In this document: positions 26,320 to 39,189 of the stretch, one piece after another
Numbering within the stretch: position 1 is the stretch's first letter
Layout: each line of letters starts with the position of its first letter
Source: Octopus sinensis
Lineage: Eukaryota
DNA length: 64,000 bases
Direction: 5' to 3'
Assembly: GCF_006345805.1 (NCBI RefSeq)
Contig: NC_043011.1
Location: 32,624,464 to 32,688,463, forward strand
Program-made: the position numbers and the translations under genes
Notes under the pieces: generated by a model
Databases searched by the model: none
Told to the model about the DNA's origin: nothing
Seen by the model: only the letters and a program-made list of their open reading frames with translations

Positions 26320-26710
26320 CAATATGTTCGCATCAAAGCTTTAGCATGTTGCAATATGCTCGCACCAAAAGACGGCAATTTGGCAGAAACGTTAGCACGC
26401 TGGGCGAAATGATTAGAGGTATTTCGTCTGTCTTTACGTTCTGAGTTCAAATTCCGCTGAGGTCGACTTTGCCTTTTATCCTTCGGGATCGATAAATTAA
26501 GTACCAGTTGCGCACTGGCGTCGATCTAATCGATTGCCCCCCCTCCCCCAAATCTCGGGCCTTGTGCCTAGAGTAGAAAAGAATTTTCTCGCACCAAAGC
26601 TTGGGCATGTTGCGATATGCTCGCACAAAAGTTTGGTCATGCTCACACCAAAGCCTTAGTATGCTGCGATATGCCCACACCAAAGATTGGTTATGCTGTG
26701 ATGTACACAC
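26320..26710. repeat. ~31-bp minisatellite interrupted by a family A (tail beta) SINE at ~26372-26585
   Basis: Units like GCATGTTGCGATATGCTCGCACCAAAGCTT occur on both sides of the SINE. Confidence 0.7.
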
Positions 26711-27244
26711 ACGAATAACCGCTTCATATCCACCACCAATTTCCTTTCCTTTCATTGATATGGTCAAATTATTGAGGAATCTACAAATACCGTCCAAGCA
26801 TCTCAGGTTAATACTAAAAAATATATTTATCTTCAAAATTGTTTGATTATACTCAAGAAATTCTGGAATGTCATCCTTAAATTCTAGTACACCTACAAAC
26901 AAACAACTGGGATTTAACCAAGAGACCCAATCCCATTAAAGACATTTTTTTTCGTGGTCGATAGATAATTCATTTTACATCACGAATACGGTTGATTGCT
27001 CTCACAGCTATTCCCATGATTTCTTTAAGTTTCTTGCCAAAATCTTGGCAATGTAGAACACAAAAGAAGCTTTTTCTCTTGCCCAGAGCAATGAATTAAA
27101 GTGTCTTGCCTATTATAGAGCAGGAGTTCCCGTGATAGTGCATGGTGAATCAAAGAGCAATTGAATCAGCATCAATCCCAGAATATTAAACTATTTCCTG
27201 GAGTTACCTTTAGGAACATAGCGTACAAATTAATGGGGTTGTAT

Positions 27245-27620
27245 CTTGTATCTTTTATCTTAGACTGCGGCCATGCTGGGGCACCGGCTGGAAGAATTTT
27301 TAGTCGAATTACTCGACCCCAGTACTTCTTTTTTGTTGAGCCAACAACTTATTCTATTGATCTCTCTTGTCAAACCGTTAAATTACGGGGACGTAACCGC
27401 ACCAACACCGGTTGTCAAGCGGTGATTGAAGTACAAACATAGACACAAAGACACATACACATACATACACCAGGCTTCTTTCAATTTCCTTCGACCAAAT
27501 CCACTCACAAGACTTTGGTCGCCCCGAGGCTACTGTAGAAGACATTTGACACTTGCCCAAGACACTTGCCCAAGGTGCGACGCAGTGGGACTGAACCCTG
27601 AACCATGTAGTTGGGAGTTG
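27245..27620 (-). mobile_element. SINE family B (older copy)
   Basis: Consensus match on the minus strand. Confidence 0.8.
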
Positions 27621-27900
27621 ATTTTTGCAGAGTTATTCATATTTTCATTGACGACTTGATTATTACGTCTTGTCATATTTTTTCTCTGGCACACAGTGTC
27701 ATTGCATAGCAACACCAGACTCAATCGCTTATGAAATCCTCGCCCAGCATGACTTCAATAATTTCAAGTGTACATTGAACTTTCTCCGACTGTATGGAGA
27801 TTTCTTTTTATCATGCTGTACCGTACCAATGAAAAGGCTGCATTACAGTCACGTGTCATCCTTAAATAGCTTTGATCAACTTATATATAATGCCTCCCTG

Positions 27901-28122
27901 AGGCGGCGAACTGGCAGAAACGTTAGCACGCCGGGCGAAATGCGTAGCCGTATGTCGTTACGTTCCGGGTTCAATTTCCGCCGAGGTCGACTTTGCCTTT
28001 CATCCTTTCGGGGTCGATAAATTAAGTACCAGTTACGCACTGGGGTCGATGTAATCGACTTAATCCCTTTGTCTGTCCTTGTTTGTCCCCTCTGTGTTTA
28101 GCCCCTTGTGGGTAGTAAAGAG
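27901..28122 (+). mobile_element. SINE family A, tail alpha, with a perfect 18-bp target-site duplication
   Basis: ATATATAATGCCTCCCTG at 27883-27900 and again at 28123-28140. Confidence 0.95.
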
Positions 28123-29059
28123 ATATATAATGCCTCCCTGATTTGTATAACAATGACATCACAGTCATGTCGTTCTTGCGAAGCTGAACCCATTTCTACT
28201 CTTATTGTCCCTAGTTGTAAGCGATCGATCCTCGCAAGTTGTTATTGTTGGGCAGCGACGTAAGTTGTTCTTCTATTTATCAACGAAATAATACCGGGCC
28301 GCTTATTCGGCTTCTAGAAACCCGACTCTACTGTGCCTCGCACTGAGTAAGCAGACCCTGTTTTCCAAGCTGGTTAATTTACATACGATGTGTGAAGATA
28401 GTTTTGTTCTTTAATTTTTTTCTATGAGAATTAATAAAGATTAAACATCCTCTGTTATAGAATCGTATTAATTTGTCCGTGCATCTATTAAATAAAATCA
28501 CATTCTTTACTTATTCTTCATTTAAATTTCTTCCTTTTAGCATTATACTGTATACACGGTACATATGACATCTCTTAAGAATTTAAGAGGATTAATAAAT
28601 ATCAAATAGACACTGCTTTAGAAATGTATTAATTTGAATCTGTTTAATACAATTTAGTTCTTTACTTTCCATAATTCATTTTAAATTTTAAGTATATATT
28701 AGGATAGTCCCCAGAAAACCGGAAAGTTCAAAAATCCGGGTCACTTTAATCCGGGTTACTGTACTACACTTTTATTTTGCAGTTGTACACGAAACTTTGC
28801 TGGAAGCTTCTAGAAACGGTTTTATATAACTCATATAGCAAAGCAGTTCTTTTGACTAAAACGAATTCCTTTCAACTTAAAAACGCCGTCAAGGTACCAA
28901 CACAATTTCTGTGTTTGCTTTCACGACGTTATTTCGATAGTGACAGCTTCAATTTTCCATTGCTCTTTGCCAAACTGGAAATCATTCAATAAGGTCTTTC
29001 AGTTTTTTTCTTGTCTTGTCACACAGATGAAGTCGGAATCCACTATGCACATTAATCCA

Positions 29060-29280
29060 TTTCTTCTTCTTTTTCTTCTTCTTCTTCTTCTTCTCCTTCT
29101 CCTCCTCCTTCTCCTCCCCCCTCCTCTTCCTCCTCTTCCTCCCCCCTCCTCTTCCTCATTCTCCTCCTCCTGCTCCGCCTCCTCCTCCCTTTCACCTCAT
29201 CCTCTTCCTCCTCCTCCTCTTTCTTATCATCCTCTCCTCCCTCCCCCCCCTCCTCCTTCTTCTTCTTCTTCTTCTTTTCT
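29060..29280. repeat. (CTT)n/(CCT)n pyrimidine tract
   Basis: Direct reading. Confidence 0.9.
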
Positions 29281-29364
29281 ACTCTAAACATCCTAGGAAG
29301 AATAAAAACAGAAAACAAACCAGTGTTATTAAGCGTGCGGTCTACCGCAGTAACCGTAGTCTAC

Positions 29365-30273
29365 TCGAGCCGGCAGAAACGTTAGCACGCCGGGCAAAAT
29401 GCTTAGCAGTATTTCGTCTGCCGTTACGATCTGAGTTCAAATTCCGCCGAGGTCGACTTTGCCTTTCATCCTTTCGGGGTCGATAAATAAAGTACCAGTT
29501 ACGCACTAGGGTCGATATAATCGACTTAATTCGTTTGTCTGTCTTTGTTTGTCCCCTCTATGTTTAGCCCCTTGTGGGTAATAAAGAAACATACTCTGTG
29601 GCATTACCTGATCTGGGCTATGACTTAGGGTTATAGCATGAACACCAAACTGCAAATGGCCAGATAAGCCGGATGCCAAAGTGGTACCAAAACATCTTAG
29701 TATCAAATTTTTAAATGTTTTGAAGAAATAGTGTCATTCACATCGATCTTTTAATCAATTTATTTTTGTTTTCAATCGTTTCCTAAGTTGAAAGGTCGAG
29801 TTTTCCAAAGTTATTTTTCAGCGTTGAGCCACAGATTAGTAACACTTTACACTTTTACACTTTTACACTTTACACTTTTACTTGTTTCCGTCATTTGACT
29901 GCGGCCATGCTGGAGCACCGCCTTTAGTCGAGCAAATCGACCCCGGGACTTATTCTTTGTAAGCCCAGTACTTATTCTATCGGCCTCTTTTGCCGAACCG
30001 CTAAGTGACGGGGACGTAAACACACCAGCATCGGTTGTCAAGCAATGCTAGGGGGACAAAGACAGACACACAAACACATACACACACACATATATATATA
30101 CATATATACGACAGGCTTCTTTCAGTTTCCGTCTACCAAATCCACTCACAAGGCATTGGTCGGCCCGGAGCTATAGCAGAAGACACTTGCCCAAGATTCC
30201 ACGCAGTGGGACTGAACCCGGAACCATATGGTTGGTTAGCAAGCTACTTACCACACAGCCACTCCTGCGCCTA
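29365..30273. mobile_element. Family A alpha SINE (+, ~29365-29592) and family B SINE (-, ~29843-30273, with a (TTTTACAC-like)n tail)
   Basis: Consensus matches. Confidence 0.85.
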
Positions 30274-30519
30274 TTTTGTTTCATCAACGAAAACTTGAAC
30301 TAACAGTATTCATAGAATTAATTAATTCTTTCTGAAACAGAATTAATGTCACTTAAGATGGTGGCACTAATAACTATATTCCTACCCCAGCGCAACAGGA
30401 AGAAATAGATCCGGGACATTTAAAAATACTGACTTAATGTCGAAACACTGGATATGGAATTGCTTAATCCTTTATCTGTTATCTTGTTCCACTCAGCACA
30501 TGTACCAAGAGTATCTCTA

Positions 30520-33170
30520 TTGGTGGTGGATTGGTAGATTCGTGGCAGCGTCTAACAAATTTCTTTTTACGTTCTGGGTTCAAATCCCACCTCGATCAAC
30601 TCGACAATAATAAGAATAATCCTTTCTACTATAGAAACGTTTCATCAAACATTTTGTTTCTACAGAAAAGGATCATCATTGACTCAACTGAGGATTTCGC
30701 ATTCTCTCAATCGAGGCACCTTCACTCAATCGACAAAGTGCCTTGTTCACTCAACAGAAACTCCGTAATTCCCTTCAATAGAGGGATCCTTGTTTCACTC
30801 GATGAAGGGTCCTTAATTCACTCTGAAAGGACGCCCTCTTAGCTCGTATTGTGCCTGCATACGTAACTGGTATGTTCAATCAAAATCCGTTATGAATTCT
30901 AATATAAACTCAACTTCAGCAATCTTTACCACATTCAAACATAATCGATATTATCTAAAATGATATCTAATCGCAAAATAACTAGTGGTGTTTATTCCGA
31001 ATCTTTATGTTCTGGGTTCTAATTCCGCCTTTTATCCTTTCGGGGGTCGATAAAATAAGTATCAGTCAATTACAGAAGTTGATTTAATCGACTATATGCT
31101 CCACAAAATGTCAGGTCATGTGACTATAATAGAAAGGATAATTGGAATGACGGATTGGTAGAATCATTAGAATATCAGACAAAATGACTTGCGGTAGTTC
31201 TCCTGACTCTTTACGTTCTGAGCTCAAATTCCGCTAAGATCAACTTTGTCATTCACCCTCGTGGGGGTCAATAAAATAAAATACCAATTAAGTACCAAAT
31301 AAAATACAAATCAAGTACTAGGGTCGATGATATTGATTAGCACTTCTTAATTAGTACCCATGTACCCTAAATTACCGAAAATAAGCACAAATTGAGTACT
31401 AGGGTCTATGCAATCGAATAACACCCCACCTACCCCACCCAAAATGCCTATAGTAGAAAGGATTATTATTATGGTGATGGATTGGTAGATTCGTTACAGC
31501 GTCTAACAATTTTCTTTTTACGTTCTGGGTTCAGTCAACTTTGTCTTTCATCCTCTTGAGGGGTGGGGATTCGATAAAATTAAGTAGCCACGAAGTACTA
31601 GGCTCTATGATATTGATTAACCCCCCCCCCCCCCGCTCCTTTCAAAATTACTGGCTTTGTACCCAAATTAGAAACCATTATTATTAGTGTGGTCTAAGGC
31701 AGCGAACGGGCAGAATCATTAGCGAATCGGAAAAAATGCTTAGCGATATTTCTTCCAGCTCTTTATGTTCTGAGTTCAAATTCCACCGAAGTCGACTTCG
31801 TTTTTCATCCTTTCGGGATCGATGAAATTGGTACCAGTTGAACATTGGGTCGATATAAACAACTTGACTCCTCCCCCCTACGAACTTACTATTATTATTA
31901 TTATTCTGGCGTAAGGCGGCAAGCTGGCAGAATCGTTAGTGTATCGAACAAAATGCTTTTCCGCATTTCTTCTGGCTTTTAGGTTCTGAATTCAAATCCT
32001 CATTTCAAATCCCTTATTCTATCGACCCCGTTAAAACAAATATCAATCAAGTACTGTGGTTGATGTAAGCAACTTACCTCCACCTTCCCATCCCATAAAA
32101 ATTGCTGGCCTTGTGCCAAAATTTGAAAGTATTATTATTAGGAATGTAGAATAGCAGAAAGCGTTAGAGCCTGAAGGCGGCGAGCTGGCACGCCGGGCGA
32201 AATGCTTAGTAGTATTTCGTCTGCCGCTACGTTCTGAGTTCAAATTCTGCCGAGGTCGACTTTGCCTTTCATCATTTCGGGGTCGATTAAATAAGGACCA
32301 GTTACGCACTGAGGTCGATATAATCGACTTAATCCGTTTGTCTGTCCTTGTTTGTCCTCTCTGTGTTTAGCCCCTTGTGGGTATTTCATCTGCCGCTACG
32401 TTCTGAGTTCAAATTCCGCCGGTGTCGACTTAGCCTTTCATTCTTCAGTGGTCGATAAATTAAGTACTTTGTCTGTCCTTGTTTGTCCCCTCTATGTTTA
32501 GCCCCTTGTGGGCAATAAAAAAATAAGTATCGTTGGATCGTCGAAAAAATCGCTTTGCGACATTTGTTCCTAGCTTTTACGTTCTGAGTTCAAATTCTGC
32601 CGATATCACCATTGCCCTTTACCCTTCTAAAATCTATAAGATCAAGTTTGTCTTTCATCCTTTCGAGGATCGATAAAATAAAGTACTAATGAAGTCCTGG
32701 AATCTAGGGTATGGATTGACTACTTCCCCAATTTCCCTTCCTCGTGACTGCGTTAGAAACAATTATATCTTTATTGCCCACAAGGGGCTTAAACATAGAG
32801 GAGACAAACAAGGAGAGACAAACGGATTAAGTCGATCCCATCGAAATCAGTGCGTAACTGGTATTTAATTTATCGACCCCGAAAGGATGAAAGGCAAAGT
32901 CGACCTCGGCGGATTTTGAACTCAGACGAAATACCTATTTCTTTACTACCCACAAGGGGCTAAACACAGAGAGGACAAACAAGGACAGGCAAACGGATTA
33001 AGTCGATTATATCGACCCCAGAGCGTAACTGGTACTTATTTAATCGACCCCGAAAGGATGAATGGCAAAGTCGACCTCGGCAGAATTTGAACTCAGAACG
33101 TAACGGCAGACGAAATACTGCTACGCATTTCGCTCGGCGTACTAACGTTTCTGCCAGCTCGCCGCCTTAC
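30520..33170. mobile_element. Cluster of degenerate and dimeric family A SINEs in both orientations
   Basis: Multiple B-box and GTCGAC...GGGGTCGATAAA blocks; alpha-alpha dimers at ~32170-32530 (+) and ~32765-33170 (-). Confidence 0.75.
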
Positions 33171-34084
33171 GGTAGAAACAATTATATGAGATGACATCAA
33201 TATCCACATAATATCACTACCTTTGACACACTATGATATTTCGACAGCTTCTAGCAAATCCCTGAATCACGCAGTTCACCAACAAACCCACTGCCTAAAA
33301 CTACTTAAATAATATAATCGATCGTTGGTCTCAACATCGGCAAACAGCTTCTGTTTATGCAATGACTCAAACTAACAGTGATCACAACTAAACATGCATT
33401 GTTTGAAATGTCAAATAATATGGTTTAGAAATGTTCTCTGTTCTTGCAATTTTATAAACTCTTCAATCTTACCGGAACATATCTAAAGCCATACCAGTGG
33501 GAGAATCCCCAACGTGGTCGCTCGACTTGTTAGAAATAACAGCCAAATTCCTTTAAAACATATCATGCCGTTATAAAAGTAAATGTGATATGCGTTGAAT
33601 AATGCACTTCAAATATACAAAAAGATGTGATGGTCACAGGTGAAGTGTCTCTAATGATGGGTATACATCATCAAGATTTGTCTGGAGAAAACATCAACCA
33701 TGATGAGAACATATATACTCGTACAGTTACTCAGATATTTTAACCTATTTTGAACTAATTTCTATCTGCCTACTAGACATAATCTTTAGAATGTCAGACC
33801 AAAATGTGATGACATATTCAGTTGCTTTAGCTTTAAGTTCTGAGTTCAAATCCGGCCGAGCTCAATTTTACCTTTTATCCTTCGGGTCGTGGGGATAAGT
33901 CGATTACATCGACCCCAGTACTCAAATGGTACTTATTCTATCGACCTCGAGTGGATGAAAGACAAAGTTAACCTCGGTGAAATTTGAACTCAGAACGCCA
34001 AGATGGACGATATGCCGCTAAGTATTTTGCCCCGCCTACTAATGATTCTGCCAGCTCACCGCCTAACAGCAATCATACAAATAT

Positions 34085-35031
34085 TCTTTTATACTTTAGG
34101 AACAAGGCCCGAAATTTTTGGGAAGGGGATAAGTCGATTAGATCGACCCCAGTACGCAACTGGCTCTTAATTTATCGACCCCGAAAGAACGAAAGGCAAA
34201 GTCGACCTCGGCGGAATTTGAACTCAGAACGTAGCGGTAGAAGAAATATATATTTCTTTACTACCCACAAGGGGCTAAACACAGAGAGGACAAACAAGGA
34301 CAGATAGACGGATTAAGTCCATTATATCGACTCCAGTGCGTAACTGGTACATAATTTATCGACCCCGAAAGAATGAAAGGCAAAGTCGACTTCGGCGGAA
34401 TTTGAACTCAGAACGTAGCGGTAGAAGAAATATCTATTTCTTTACTACCCACAAGGGGCTAAACACAGAGAGGACAAACAAGGACAGATAGACGGATAAA
34501 GTCGATTATATCGACCCCAGTGCGTAACTGGTACTTAGTTTATCGGCCCCGAAAGGATAAGAGGCAAAGTCGACCTTGGCGGAATTGGAACTCAGAACGT
34601 AGCGGTAGAAGAAATATCTATTTCTTTACTACCCACAAGGGGTTAAACACAGATGAGACAAACAAGGACAGACAAACGGATTAAGTCGATTATATCGACC
34701 CCAGTGCGTAACTGGTACTTAATTATCGACCCCGAAAGGATGAAAGGCAAAGTCAACCTCGGCGGAATTTGAACTCAGAATGTAACGGCAGACGAAATAC
34801 CTATTTCTTTACTACCCACTAGGGGCTAAACACAGAGGAGACAAACAAGGACAGACAAACGGATTAAGTCGATCATATCGACCCCAGTGCGAAACTGGTA
34901 CTTAATTTATCAACCCTGAAAGGATGAATGGCAAAGTCGACCACGGCGGAATTTGAACTCAGAACGTAACGGCAGACGAAATACGTCTACGCATTTCGCC
35001 CGGCATGCTAACGTTTCTGCCAGCTCGCCGC
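34085..35031 (-). repeat. Tandem array of family A SINE bodies: one head, four ~184-bp alpha units, one beta unit
   Basis: Junction GAAATA at 34243, 34427, 34611, 34794 and 34978. The head GCCAGCTCGCCGCCTT occurs only at the right end. Confidence 0.9.
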
Positions 35032-35695
35032 CTTCTGCTAAGCCAGTAATCTTGAAATAAAAAGAGATAAGAGAAAATCATCGACATCAGTACTTGAATA
35101 GAGCGCAGGAGAAAACTTTTCAAATATAAATAAAGCGGAAACATACAAAAATAAACATTATTTTCCCTCTTACTGTGAATTTTGTCTCATTTTGAAAAAT
35201 AATGATTTATCTTATGGTTTATTATTGTTTACATTTTGAATTATTTTTGTTTACATTTTGAACCATGTGTGTGTATGTATGTATGTGTGTGTATAAGTTT
35301 GTGTGTCTGTGTTTGTCCCCCCAACATCGCTTGACAATCGATGCTGGTGCTTTTACGTCCCCGTCCCGTAGCGGTTCGGCAAAAGAGCCAGAGAGAATAA
35401 GTACTAGGCTTACAAAGAATAAGTCTCTAGGGTCGATTTGCTCGACTAAAGGTGGTGCTCAAGCATGGCCTCAGTCAAATGACTGAAACAATTAAAAGAG
35501 TAAAAGAGTATATAAATGAAGTGGAATTATACAAAAATAAACATTATTTTCCATCTTACTGTTAGTTTTGTTTCATTTCGAAAAATAAGCACGTGCTAAA
35601 GGCATCAAGGGATGGGAGCACCACAAAACTGAAAATGGTTTACGGCACGAAAGAAATCATTTTAAACTTGCTAACATAATATTCATAATGCCTTA

Positions 35696-36098
35696 AGGCG
35701 GCGAGCTGGCAGATGCGTTAGCACGCCGGGCGAAATGCTGAGCGGTATTTCGTCTGCCGCTACGTTCTGAGTTCAAATTCCGCCGAGGTCGTCTTTGCCT
35801 TTCATTCTTTCGGGGTCGATAACTTAAGTACCAGTTACGCACTGGGGTCGATATAATCGACTTAATTTGTTTGTCTGTCCTTGTTTGTCCTCTCTGTGTT
35901 TAGCCCCTTGTGGGTAGTAAAGAGATAGGTATTTCGTCTGCTGCTATGTTCTGAGTTCAAATTCCGCTGAGGTCGACTTTTGCTTGTCATCCTTTCGGAG
36001 TCGATAAATTAAGAACCTGTTGCGTACTGGGGTCGATCTAATAGACTGGCCTCCTCCCCCAAGATTTCGGTCATTATGCCTAGAGTAGAAAAGAATCA
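35696..36098 (+). mobile_element. Family A alpha+beta dimer
   Basis: Head and alpha unit, then a headless unit starting GGTATTTCGTC and ending in tail beta. Confidence 0.85.
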
Positions 36099-36182
36099 GA
36101 TGTTTTACGTAAAATTAATTTTAACAATATCATCGAACACTTTGCAATTAAAAAAAGAAAAATCAAAAAATATTTCAAATAT

Positions 36183-36602
36183 GTAGACGTAGAAGTGGAT
36201 GTGTGGTAAGTAGCTTGCTTATCAACCACATGGTTCCGGGTTCAATCCCACTGCGTGGCACCTTGGGCAAGTGTCTTCTACTATAGCCTCGAGCCGACCA
36301 AAGCCTTGTGAGTGGATTTGGTAGACGGAAACTGAAAGAAGCCCGTCGTATATATATATATGTGTGTGTATGTATGTATGTGTGTGTATAAGTTTGTGTG
36401 TCTGTGTTTGTCCCCCCAACATCGCTTGACAATCGATGCTGGTGCATTTACGTCCCCGTCACTTAGCGGTTCGGCAAAAGGGCCCGAGAGAATAAGTACT
36501 AGGCTTACAAAGAATAAGTCCTAGGGTCGATTTGCTCGACTAAAGGTGGTGCTCAAGCATGGCCTCAGTCAAATGACTGAAACAATTAAAAGAGTAAAAG
36601 AG
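36183..36602 (+). mobile_element. SINE family B; its 3' half plus flank is duplicated at ~35265-35578
   Basis: Shared private variants (ACAATCGATG, GAGAGAATAAG, GGTGGTGCTCAAGCATGGCCTCAG) and the same downstream flank. Confidence 0.85.
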
Positions 36603-37366
36603 TATATAAATGAAGTGGAATTATACAAAAATAAACATTATTTTCCATCTTACTGTTGGTTTTGTTTCATTTTATGAGTTATTATTGTTTACATTTTGAA
36701 TTATTTTTGTTAATGTTTTGAACTATTTACATATACTTGAGAGCAACAAAACTTTTTAAGTGCTTAGGGACTCTATGGGTCTTAACCCGGCCCCGCTTGA
36801 ATAGTACTTTGTTTATTGACATCGGAGGGATGAAAGGCAATGTTGACCCCGGCAGGTTTTGAACTCCGAACGTAAAGCTGGAAGACATGCGGCTAAGCCT
36901 TTTGTCAAGCGCAATAACGACTCTGCCACTTAGCCGTCTTAATAATAATAATAATACTTTCTACTTTAGGCTCAATGCCTGAAATTTTGGGGGAGGGGGC
37001 TACTAGTCGATTACATTGCTTCCCAACCAACTAGATGGTTCCGAGTTCAGTCCCATTGCGTGACACCTCGGGCAAGTGTCTTCTTCACGCCGACCAAAGC
37101 CTTGTGAGTGGATTTGGTAGACGGAAACTGAAAGCCCGTTGTACAAGTATTTGTGTGTCTGTGTTTGTCCCCCCCCCCCCACATACACACACCACTATCG
37201 CTTGACAACTGATGTTGGTGTGTTTACATCCCCGTAACTTGGTATTTCGGCAAAAGTGGCCGCTAGAATAAGTACTAGGCATACAAAGAATCAGTCCTGG
37301 GGTCAATTTCTTGGTACTCCAGCATGGCCGCAGTCAAATGACTGAAACAAGTGAAGAGTATAAATG

Positions 37367-38198
<832 letters not shown>

Positions 38199-38207
38199 AG
38201 ATAAAGA

Positions 38208-38313
38208 GAAATGCTGAGAAATAATTTAAGTAGGGAGAGTGTATTTAATTAGGTGAAAGAACTTTCACCTATTTAATACACTCTCCCTTACTTAAATATT
38301 TTGTCAGCATTTC
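38208..38313. repeat. Imperfect ~50-bp-arm palindrome between TA-rich tracts
   Basis: ...GGGAGAGTGTATTTAATTAGGTGAAAG-AA-CTTTCACCTATTTAATACACTCTCCC... Confidence 0.8.
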
Positions 38314-39189
38314 CTTTTTTTTATTTATCACAACTCGTGTTCCACATCTCCTTTTTTTTTTAAATATATATATATATTAATATTATATATATATAGAGAA
38401 GAAGAGAAAAGAGAGGATTGAGAGAGAGGGGAGAGGGAAAGAGAGAGAGCGAGAGAGAATTACCATTCCTTTTATAGCTCGGTTACACACGCTAAACAGT
38501 TACACGACATTTTTTTCTCTCCTAATTTTGAACAAGGAAACCAACAAAAGAACCACCTCAAAGAAGATATATATTTTTCAAGATGTTCTTTTAAACCATT
38601 CATTGTATCCGACTCTCATCAGAGTTGTAAATCTGTGCATTAAATTTAAAACAGTTGCCCCCGAAAGACAAAACTTGAATGATTGACATGTCATTCTTAC
38701 TAAAACTGTTCCCAATGAAGTGTTTGTGAGATCGATTTGTCATTTCTTCGCCATCAAAAAAGGAAAACAGGAAAAGAAAAAAAAAAGGAATGGGATGAAA
38801 TGAAAGGTGGTGGGGTGGTGGTGGTGGTGGAGGGAGACGAAGAGAGATGGAATCTATCTTTTGTTTCTTACATCGTCGCTATTGTCAGCATTGTCATCGT
38901 TTTTTCATCGTCGTTGACATTTTGCTCCTCCGCCTCCTCCTCCTCCTCCTCCTCCTCCTATTCCTTCGTCAACTTCGTCTTCGGCGCCGTTGTCGTCGTC
39001 GTCCTTTGTCATCATCATACTCTTCGCGATCCTCTTCGTCTTCATCGCCATCGTATCATCATCACCATAGAAAAATCATCATCGACGTCACCACAGCCGC
39101 GCCACGATCACCACCACCACCACCACAACCACCACCACCACTACCACATTTACCACCACCAACCTCACATCATCACATCATCTCATCAT

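Noticed and set aside
27650-27900. HTVGE resemblance to a C2H2 zinc-finger linker on the minus strand
   Set aside because: No flanking C-x2-C / H-x3-H pattern.
28690-29030. Possible pogo/Tigger-like end (AATCCGGGTTACTGTA) and 71-aa ORF
   Set aside because: No matching second TIR or transposase motif was found by eye.
29843-29880. Telomere-like short tandem repeat
   Set aside because: It is the variant (GTAAAAGT)n-type tail of a family B SINE, not (TTAGGG)n.
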